From Callorhinchus milii (taxonomy: Eukaryota): a stretch of DNA of 64,000 bases. This document shows, piece after piece, positions 54,173 through 64,000 of this stretch; position 1 is the first letter of the stretch, and each line of letters starts with the position of its first letter. The DNA lies in contig NW_024704743.1 in NCBI RefSeq assembly GCF_018977255.1, positions 20,524,001 to 20,588,000 of the forward strand. The letters are read 5' to 3'. The translations under genes and the position numbers were made by a program. The notes beneath the pieces were generated by a model. That model was not told where the DNA came from. It made no database searches and saw only the letters and a program-made list of their open reading frames with translations.

Positions 54173-55324
54173 AGTCACAACACCTCGAGAAACACTGTTA
54201 CTTCAACAGTTTGTGTTTGAGTATTTCTGACAAGGCAAGCACAACAGTGAATGCAGTAGTGATCCTATATGTCGACACTGACCATCTATTCAAATTAAAC
54301 TGAGTTAAAAGGTTGAGCAGTGTAATTTGCATTGGCACAATTACCTATTACATAGATCCTAAATACTTTTCTCAGCAAACAATGAGAAAAGTATATTTGG
54401 TTTAAAAAATGAGTTATTCGCTAAGGAATATATTGCAGGGAATTTGAGGACAAAATCCGTGACAAAAATACAGCATATAAGTCCATAAAGAATAAAATCT
54501 ATCATTTCTTCAAGGGAGACTACAACTAAGGTATCCAGAAACAGCATCTGTGAAGCGGAGATGATTTGTGCTGGAATAAGGAATTAACATATAGAGAATA
54601 CGCAGATTTGCCATTACACATTTAGGACTGAAACTCAGACTCTAGCTGTAGCCTTGTAGAAAAGGAACAAGTGAGTAAACCATTGAATGAAGAAAAAGAC
54701 AGTTGGATTAATCATAAAATATAATAGAATTACATGAAGCATATCGACTTTACGTGGCAAAGATACTTTCCTGTACTTAATAATCCTTGCATTTGATATT
54801 TGAATGCCTGTCAAGCATAAGAGAAAAGGCATGGGAATACAATAAATACAATTTACATTTATTTAGCGCCTCTATTGTCAGGAGGATGTCTGGACCACAC
54901 CACAGTCTACCATTGCACTCTCATCACATCCACGTGCAGACTAGATTATTCCAATGTCTCCCTAGCTCTACCTGTACAATTCCTGTTGTGAAAGGCACTA
55001 TATAAATACAAATTGCTGTTATTAACATGGATAATAAAGTGTTAAAGTACTAGCATCCATCCTGAAGACATATTATTAGAAGTTAAAGGTGAGTGTCGGC
55101 CTAGACTATAGGATCCAATTTGGTTCTTGAGCCCATAGCCTTGTGACCTAAAGGCATGTGTTATGAACTGAGCCAGGCTGACGGCTGTACAGAACCAAGC
55201 TGGATAATCAAGGTAAAACCAGGTCTTTAAAAGGGTGAAAGCCATAGATAATGAAAGTGGGTTGTTTAACTTAACTTAATAGTGTGAGTGTAGAAACAGA
55301 AGTTCTAAATACACCTTTAATCAG

Positions 55325-55880
55325 CGAGATACCTTTGTCACTTCTCGGCTGGACTACTCTAATGCCCTCCTCGCTGGTCTCCCCTCCTCCACTATTCACA
55401 AAACCCAGCTCATTCAAAACTCCACCGCTCGCATTCTCACCCGCACCAAACTTTGTACCTCGATTACTCCAGTCCTTGCCAAACTCCACTGGCTACCTGC
55501 CACAGAGTGAATCAACTTCAAGATCCTCACTCTAACATTTAAATCCCTCCATTCCTTGGCAACCCCCTATCTCTCTAACCTCCTCTCTCCCCACAGCAGT
55601 ACTCGCTGCCTCCACTCCCCTGGGTCCGGCCTCCTCCACACCCCCTGAATCCTCCGTTCCACCATCGGCAGCCGTGCCTTCAGCCACTACTCCCTGAAAC
55701 TTTGGAACTCACTCCCTCAACCCCTTTGCTTCGCCCCCTCCTTCCCCATCTTCAGGTCGCGCCCAGGCCTATGGTTACTTTTCCCCTCCCCCTGGTTCGG
55801 CCTTGGGCTCCAGGATTGTTAAGCGCTCTGAGACGCCGCCCGATGCAGAGGGCGCTATATAAGTGCAAGCTGTTGTTATC
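55325..55880 (+). mobile_element. L2 LINE 3' fragment
   Basis: ctccactggctacc, ttcaagatcctc, gtgccttcagccactactccc; tail ggcgctatataagtgcaagctgttgtt. Confidence 0.85.
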
Positions 55881-58309
55881 AGCTTACCTTTTCTCCTCCT
55901 ACAGCAACAATAGTAAATAAGAAGAACAGATTCCTAAGTAAAACAGTAAATGCTATTTTCACAGAATAATTACTTAATCCATCACGGATGTTACTCCAAT
56001 TATTTCCTCTTGAGTTCTGCAAAATTCCTCTAAAGCTCCAAAGATAAGGCAAAGGTTTAGAACATCATTTATATTGCTCCTTTGCTAAAATTATTTTACT
56101 CACACGACTTTTCAGTGGCATCAGCACTACAAGAACCTCACCCAACATGCAGGATTCGATCATCTCTGACCTTCAATTTTATTCCTAATTAGAGATTTAT
56201 ACAACTGCTTTATTTAATAAAAATAACGAATTGATATGCATTAACTGCTTTTGGGGATAGTTTTGCTCCACATACCCACTGTTTAGAACAGGATTTTCGG
56301 GTCACTGGCTTTGCTCGAGACTTACTCATTTTCTGCTCATATTATTCATGGTTTGGCAATTAAAACCAGGTCCGACTACTCATTAGCATTCTGAAGATCT
56401 CTTTGACACCTTCTGATCGCTTTAGAGAAATGCAGTGAATTTATAATGTTTCATCGGTCTAACTCTTAAAAAGATCACTGGAACCTAAGTGTTTACCAAT
56501 TTTTCAGTTTAAGTTGAAGTAGACTTAAACACAAAATACAATACAGCAGCCAAGTCCAGTACTGTACTTTACTTTAATAATGTTATAAAAAGCAGTCACT
56601 GATTGCGTCTAAGCAATCGATCACAATGGACTTTCACATCTCCCTTCCAATTGCTTCCTATCTATCTATTTTATCTCAATTCTACTCTCACCCTCCACTC
56701 AATTATACTGATTCCTTGCCACTTCTCTTAATAGCCTATATAGTACTCTCTATCTACCTGTTCACCTTGACCTGGTAATCGCCAGCATATTCTGCACTTG
56801 ATTCACTCATCTGTACTAATGTCCATCCCTTTGCATCTCGTTCACTTTTAAGCAGTTCTATAAAGTGCAAAAACAAAATAAAATAGGGTTGAGTTTCTCT
56901 TTAAATCCTGAAAGAAATACAATTCTCCTCACAAAGTTACAGGCCTATAAATAAACAACTGTTTTCAGATTGTTACATCCTTGCCTCAGGGCTCTCATAC
57001 ATATTTATCTCTGAAAACAAAATTACTGTTGGAAATGGAAAGAAGCAAACGGTAAAAAACATAAAGCACGGAATGAGAAATGACCATTCAACCCAATTTC
57101 TGAACTTGTGTTAGATTGATTGAGCTGTTGCACAAGGCTCTTCCACAATTAGGCCTCTATTTAGATCTAAGTTGGTGCAACAGCAACATTAATTATAGTT
57201 TTCAATCATAAACAAAGCATGCTGTATAATTATTGGAATCATTTCAAGACCACCTCAAACACGCTAACAACTCTAGAAGTGTATTCCTCTGCATCATCAA
57301 GTCTGCAAGAGGTTTTTCCTTAAAAAACAAGGTGAACAAAACTCATGTTGAAATTCTAACCATATTGATGGCTTGGATTCGGTACAGATCTGCTGTAACC
57401 CGATATATTGGGGATGATCCTGTTTCAGGAAGTTTTAATTACAAAGAAGATAAATTTTATAATTGAAAGAGCTGATCTGAAACCCCATACTGTATTTAGT
57501 CTGATTAACACTTTGCAAAATGCTGCAATTATGGACAAGCATTGCCATCAGATTAAGGGAGTAATCCTTTTTATAATGATTAATATCCTAGATTATGAAG
57601 AGGAGTTTGATACAGCTTTTGCCAAAACCAAAAGAATGAAGACAACACATCAACAATGATGGAGAGAACATAAATTGAAACAACAGGATCATTTGCTATA
57701 CAAAATCATTTCTTGTAACTAGTGATAGCTCCTGTTCAGTAATGTAATATTAATGGTGCAGTGTTTTATACGATTGTTATGCAACCAAACACTTGCATAA
57801 ATGGTAAATGCTATTTACTGCACATTAATACTTTAGTCAAACTTGAGATATGGTCCTTGTAATAGCTTTGCACATTGCATTCAGCTCCTTAAGATGATTT
57901 GCAGAGGATTTAAAAATATTGCATCTTACTTGAAACAGATGTGCTTTATGTCAAGCTACAGGAACTCTGCTCTGACACACCAGGAAGGAGATCATGCTAC
58001 ATGAGAACTCCAACAAGTCAGTGTGCCTGACTTCTGCATCCAATATTTACAAATTCAAGTGGAATTCAAGTTGCAATTAGACTGCAAGATACAATAGATT
58101 TACATGCAAATTACAAATCATAAGTGGTAGGAAAACATAACCTATGAATCTCCCAGTTTGTTTCATGCAATACGCAGTTATGTAACTAAAATTGAGACTA
58201 GAATAAGTTAACACAGAGCAGGAGGCGTTCTTAATTTCTCTAAATATATCAAAGCCCAAAAGCTTTCAAGCAAGAAAAAAANTTACATAAATAAACAATT
58301 TCCTGTTAC

Positions 58310-58456
58310 CTTTAAATCGTACTTCCTGTAAACAGATAGTCGATGGCCAAAGACATTCCTCGTCACAATCATGTAGGTTTCAACCCCATCCACTGTCAGT
58401 CTGTACATTCCCAGGAATTGTGGTATGAGGGTGTTTCCATGGCATTCCACAATATA
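58310..58456 (-). CDS. PIP4K2A: PIP4K2A internal coding exon (equivalent to human exon 5), 147 nt, phase 0/0
   Basis: Translates [49 protein letters not shown], matching the type II PIP kinase domain; acceptor ctccacag, donor gtaaca. Confidence 0.96.
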
Positions 58457-60094
58457 CTGTGGAGAGCACAAAAGTAAGAACATTCATTTACATGGTTTTC
58501 AAATTTAGATGAAAGTACAGAGAACCATGTTATTATCCAGTTATTGAGATCCAGAATATTTTTATTCAATGTCATAAACAAGTGCACAACACAACTGCTG
58601 CCAGTCACTGGCTCCGGGTTTGTGCTGTTACTGGGATGTGTTGCTTGATTGACCCATAGAACGATGGGGGTGGGGAGGGTGGGGGTTGGGGTCATACGAG
58701 TCCAGGATGATAATAATAATCCTTTCATTTGACATAGTGCCTTTCACATTGTTTCACATCAAAAAGCTTCACAGGAGTTTGCTGTAAAGTGCAAAATGAT
58801 AAGTTGATTAATATAAATTGATACAATATAAATTAAATTGATTGAAAAAATGTAAGTAGATTGCGTAAATTTGCTTGTCAAATAGAAACAATCTCTAATG
58901 GTTTCAGTTTGTACATTACCTCAGCACTTCGCGCAAGCAATCTTAACACACATTGCAGGCTGTGGGAAGTCTAATTGGTTGGGATGCTGCCTTAAGATAG
59001 ATACTCAGGCCAGAAGAGTAGAAAAGGATAATATGTATAAAAATGTAAATAATGGGGAACAGTGCCACACTGGAATAGCACACAATCTACCTTAAAGTCT
59101 TGTGTATTCTGCTGCTTGAAGTGAAATGAGTTTGGACAATCCTATAGGCCTATTGGGCAGAAGCATGCAGCCAAAATGTCCTAGCCTTGAAAGGATTGCC
59201 ACAGTTATCATACTTAGGCAGGTAAAATATCAGCACTTACATGGAGAAACCTGGAGCAATCCAATCTGATCTATAGTATCAAGAGGTCAGAACACTTGGC
59301 AGGAACAAATCTACTATATTGAAATCTATAATGTTAGGGTTTAATTTGTCTTAAAGTAATAAAAATGTGTTCTTAAAAACATAAAAATGTAAACAATCTG
59401 CCAATAATGCATCTTTTACAAGAATTTATGATTAAAAGTTGTATTAGAACCAGAAAGGCATTAAAAAAAACTTCAGCTAGGTACTATTACACAAAAAAAA
59501 GTTAAAGAGCTCAAGGAAGACACAATAACTAACTGCTTAAAGCAAGATTGCATTGCCATTCTTACACTTGTAAATTATATTACATCAATTATATTACAAC
59601 TAATAAAAGAATTGTAATTATATTGCTGAATTAGTCACATTCAGCTGTAGGTATTGCATTTGATTGATCCCTAATAGTTTACCTAGAGGCATCTCGTTTG
59701 CAACTAACTTGAAGAAGAGATGACACAACCTCGAATTAGCAGGAATTCACAATAACGTTGAAAATGTTATTCTTGTATGGTGCTCAGAAAATGGTACGCT
59801 TTGATCAAATTGTTTGAATTACATTAAATATGATATACAACACCTTTCAATTCTTTTTATCTTGAAATACCATACAAATTTCAATACAGTTTTCAGTGTC
59901 CCAACTTCTCAAATGTGCTAGTTTCAAATTGGAAAAAAATACTGTATACACCTTATTTGGTGAACCATAAACAGTCAGTCAACCTGGTATCAGAGTGTAA
60001 TTTGTTGTTGTTGCTTTATAATGGTTTGGCACTTTCAGATGATATTAATGAATTGTAGAAATATGTAAAGTAGGAACTGCTCAGTGGTGTAACA

Positions 60095-60113
60095 GAACTC
60101 CAGGGGGCACTGG
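60095..60113 (+). promoter_or_regulatory. Candidate CTCF site
   Basis: GAACTCCAGGGGGCACTGG. Confidence 0.4.
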
Positions 60114-60591
60114 TGCAAGACTCTTCAAATTTTGCTTATCTTTACCATCTCAATCTCCTCGTGTTCTCTCTCTCCCCGGTGAAGTGTATGCATGATGTGG
60201 CTACATCGAAAAGGGGAGTGAAAGACCACACGTCTGTCCATCTCCAATGGGTTAGCCCCCAAAACCTCTTAGGCCCTGGCACGACTGCACCACTTACACC
60301 ATTGCAGTTATGCCACTGGAACTGCTCGATTTGTAACAGGAGTAACCAATTTGTCACTATTTAAGGTCACCCGGCTACAGAAGGACATTCAGTTTGTTCT
60401 AATGCTCTTGTTTCTACCAAAACAACAACAACAACTTGCATTTATCCAGGGTAGCATCCTGGAGCACTTCAATATGTTTGAGGGAAAACAGTATATCCCT
60501 CAAACCAACCAAGTCATTGTTGAAATGGTTTGTGTGCTCTGGAGGGGTGAAATAGTCCACACATCAAGCTTCAGACTCGTATGACTCGTAT

Positions 60592-61287
60592 CCATTTAAT
60601 CAGAAACCCAAACTATTCATTTAAGAAAGCAATGTGAATCACTCAAATGACAGCAGCCTTACTGATCTGTCAAACACCATATCTGTTGAACATGTTTATT
60701 TTGATGCACACGGTTGGTGATGAGATAAGATTATGTGCAACCAACCAACCAAATATAAACCGGAAATATTGGAAACAGAATCAAAATTACGGAATACGAT
60801 GCAGAATTGCTTTTTAAACCAAATGTAATTATGGATCTCACCAGGGGTAATTTCTATTCAGATCTAGTTCTTATGAATGCTTAAAATAATGCTAATTGTA
60901 GTAAAAGACAAAAGAAACCTTAGGCAAATTTCCTTACTCCACACATCTCTCTTTACCTAGGAGTAAGTAGGCACCTGGTTGATAGTCGATTGGTGGTTCA
61001 CTTTCTGGGGGTAATAATCCTAATGCCCCCCACTTCCACCCAAAAAAANTTTGGTCACTGAATCTACAACTGTTTGAGAGACACTGCTGTGTACAATTTG
61101 CTGCCATGTTTTACCCACAAAATATACAGTCAATCCACTTTACAATGTATTCTGTGAAGCGCTTTGTGACGTGTCAACGATATGATAAGGTGCTGTGGTG
61201 TTTGACTGATCAGTAAGGTTGCTTGCTGTCATTGGAGTGATTCACACTGCTTTGTTAAGTTAATAGGTTGGGGTTTTGATGAAATGG
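60592..61287. repeat. Diverged inverted repeat, arms ~60592-60679 and ~61196-61287
   Basis: gtgaatcactc.aatgacagca...ccttactgatc.gtcaaacacca matches its reverse complement; roughly 80% identity by eye. Confidence 0.85.
60915..61195 (+). mobile_element. Truncated SINE, long subfamily
   Basis: ggcaaatttccttactccacac...gataaggtgct; lacks the terminal (ATT)n. Confidence 0.85.
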
Positions 61288-61290
61288 GGC

Positions 61291-63165
61291 TATAATAATA
61301 ATCCTTGCATTTGATATAGTGTCTTATCACGTCTTCGAGACGTCTCAAAGCTCTTCACAGAATATACTGTAAAGTGAATTGACTGTATGTTTTGTGGGTG
61401 ACTGGGCTCAAAATTGATAAGTCACCAGGACTAGATGGGTTTCACCCAAGGTTGTTGTGGGAGATACGGGTTCAAATAGCGGAGGCTTTGGCCATTATAT
61501 TTCAATCGTCATTGGACACAGGAGTGGTGCCAAGATACTGGAGAGTAGCTAATGTTACCCCACTCTACAAAAAGGGGCAGAAAGACAAGTCCGGTAATAG
61601 GAAAGCTACTGGAGACCGTAATCCGGGACAAAATAAATCTCTACTTAGAGGAACACAAGGTAATTAGAGACAGCCAACATGGATTTGTTAAAGGCAAATC
61701 TTGCCTAACAAATCTAATAGAATTTTTTGAAGAGGTGACTGTGAGGGTTGATGAGGGAAATGCGGTGGACATTATTTACATGGATTTTAAAAAGGCTTTT
61801 GACACAGTACCGCATAAGATGTTAATAAAAAAACTGGAGGCCCACGGTATTAAGGGGACTGTAGCCATTTGGATTAGGAACTGGCTGAGTGACAGAATGC
61901 AGAGGGTGGTGGTTAATGGGTGTTTTTCGCAATGGAAGGAGGTGTGCAGCGGTGTCCCCCAGGGATCGGTATTGGGACCACTGCTCTTTCTAATATATAT
62001 TAATGATCTGGACTTGGGCATAGGGAGCACTATTTCCAAGTTTGCAGATGATACCAAGTTAGGTAGGGTAGTAAATAGTGAAGAAGGTTGTGATGGACTG
62101 CAGGCAAACATACACAGAATGGTGGAATGGGCAGACATGTGGCAGATGGATTTCAATGTAGATAAGTGCGAGGTGATACACTTAGGTAGGAAAAATGATA
62201 GGAGGCAATATAGGCTTGGTAGCTCAATTTTAAGGGGGTGAACGTACAGAGAGATCTGGGCGTTCAAGTAAGCGATTCATTGAAGGTGGCAGAGCAGGTA
62301 GATAGGGCAGTAAAAAGGGCATTTGGTGTACTGAGCTTCATTAGTAGGGGCATAGAGTATAAGAGTAGGGAGGTTATGCTTAATCTGTACAAAACACTGG
62401 TTAGGCCTCAGCTGGAGTACTGCGTCCAGTTCTGGGCACCTTACCTCAGGAAGGATATTAAGGCACTGGAAAGGGTGCAGAGGAGATTCACGAGAATGAT
62501 ACCAGGAATGGGGAAGCTTAGCTATGAGGACAGGCTGGAAAAGTTAGGACTTTTCCCATTAGAGCAGAGAAGGTTACGCGGGGACCTGATAGAGGTCTTC
62601 AAGATCATTAAAGGTTTCGACAGGCTAGATAGGGAAAAGCTGTTTCCGCTGGTAGGTGTGTCTGTGACTCGTGGTCACAGTCTTAAGGTATCTACCAAAA
62701 GAAGCAGAGGGGAGGTTAGAAGAAATATTTTCACTCAGCGAGTTGTTAGAATTTGGAATGATCTGCCCGAAAGGGCAGTGAAGTCCGATTCGATAACAGC
62801 TTTTAAGAGAGAACTGGATAGGTATCTGGAGAAGACAGGTTTGCAGGGTTATGGGGAGAAAGCTGGTGAGTGGGTTAATAAAAGTCAGTTGCTCTGTCAA
62901 AGAGCCGGCATAGACTCGATGGGCCGAATGGCCTCCTTCTGTGCCGTAACATTCTATGATTCTATGAAATGTGGCACCCAATTGCACACAGCAGTGTCCC
63001 ACAAACACTCATGAATTGAGTGACCAAATTATTTATTTAAGGAATTATTACCCCTGGAAAAGTGATCCACAAATCAACTAACAACTGGGTTCCTACTTAC
63101 TGCTAGGTAAACAGAGGCGTGTGGAATAAGGAAACTTGCCCATAGTTTCACCCTGCCGGGAATGC
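61291..63165 (-). mobile_element. SINE (long subfamily) split by the CR1 insertion; pieces at 61291-61399 and ~62967-63165
   Basis: The two pieces rejoin as ...ttttgtgggtga|aatgtggcacccaattgc..., matching the uninterrupted copies. Confidence 0.88.
61400..62966 (+). mobile_element. 5'-truncated CR1 LINE (ORF2 RT and C-terminal part, plus 3' UTR), frameshifted
   Basis: [66 protein letters not shown] motifs over three frames; ends in (ATTCTATG)2. Confidence 0.96.
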
Positions 63166-63227
63166 TTGCGATGGCAATGATGGCTATGGCAATGATATGT
63201 GTCTGAAACTTGATGCGTGCCCTATTT

Positions 63228-63400
63228 CAACAACAACAAAATTATATTTGTGAAGTGCCTTTCACGTTGGGAGGAAGTCCCGAGGTGCTGAACAGTCGGG
63301 GATCAGGAAGCCAAGTGTGGGGGGGAGGTAGGGGTTGGGATGAGGGAGGGCAGAGAGGTAGGAGGGTGACTGAAGGCATGGTCGAAAAGGGGGGAGGGGG
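63228..63400 (-). mobile_element. L2 LINE 3' end (a similar short piece lies at 32661-32790)
   Basis: (CAA)n tail and gtgcctttcacgttgggagg, shared with the other L2 ends. Confidence 0.75.
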
Positions 63401-64000
63401 GGTGTTTCACTCCAGAACAAACAAATGCAAGGGTTATTAGTACTGAAAGAAAATCAGAGCTCCTCAAGTTGTATTGCAACTTTGAGTGAGAAGTGCAGGT
63501 TATATCAGCTCATATCTGCCAAAGTGGCATTCGCCGAGGATCAATTTTTAGTTGCTGCATCACTTCTACTTTGCATCCACAGTAGTAGACAGAAAAGGCA
63601 GCATCAGATTTATGAATCAAGCACATTCTATCTTCCATCCCCTCTCACTCAGTCGTAACCTTTCCTGTCGCTCTTTATTTGATCACTGTGCCTCAGAACT
63701 TTCCTCCCAAACTTTTGTTTTTCCCATTACATGGGAGTTCGGGCTCGTGGACAAACATTTGTAAATCAGGGCTTGGAATCTAACTTCACTGGTATGCAGA
63801 GAAATAAGAAGCTACTGCTCAAGCTCCGCAACTCCAGCTGATGGAACAATGGTAGGGATGTGTGTCTGAGTGAGCAGGAAGTAGATGGCAATGCTCTTAC
63901 ACATTTCATATTTCCTGCTGCCCACCAGGAAGTTCACACCGAGTTCCTGGTACCTGCCATCCCTCTAGTGAGGGCTCAAACCTGTGCCTGTTGGATGTGA

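Noticed and set aside
61552..63014. Functional reverse transcriptase gene
   Set aside because: 5'-truncated, no endonuclease domain, two frame disruptions
58457..64000. PIP4K2A exon 4 and earlier
   Set aside because: No NSLTRS...KKYHQ-like coding sequence seen; probably beyond the window end

Overview
Vertebrate genomic DNA. The repeat complement (DeuSINE-like SINEs, L2, CR1, Penelope-type termini) points to a cartilaginous fish, possibly a chimaera; this is inference. The only confidently supported gene is the 3' half of PIP4K2A on the minus strand: six coding exons equivalent to human exons 5-10, all with GT-AG boundaries and consistent phases, plus a ~2.2 kb 3' UTR. Exons 1-4 were not found and probably lie beyond 64000. 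The left 35 kb has no recognisable protein-coding exon. It holds a probable 3' end of a plus-strand gene (1-270), a CpG-rich promoter-like region split by a 5.7 kb composite (CA)n satellite with ~49 CCAAT/E-box cassettes, a G4-type repeat, enhancer-like blocks and many retroelement fragments. Most notable: (1) a near-perfect ~80-bp inverted duplication that would base-pair the PIP4K2A exon 8 5' splice site with a downstream intronic copy; (2) a Penelope-type minimal hammerhead ribozyme motif in the sense orientation of PIP4K2A intron 6; (3) the CCAAT-box satellite; (4) a second fold-back and a CR1 nested in a SINE. Repeat boundaries are by eye and approximate; exon boundaries were counted to the base.
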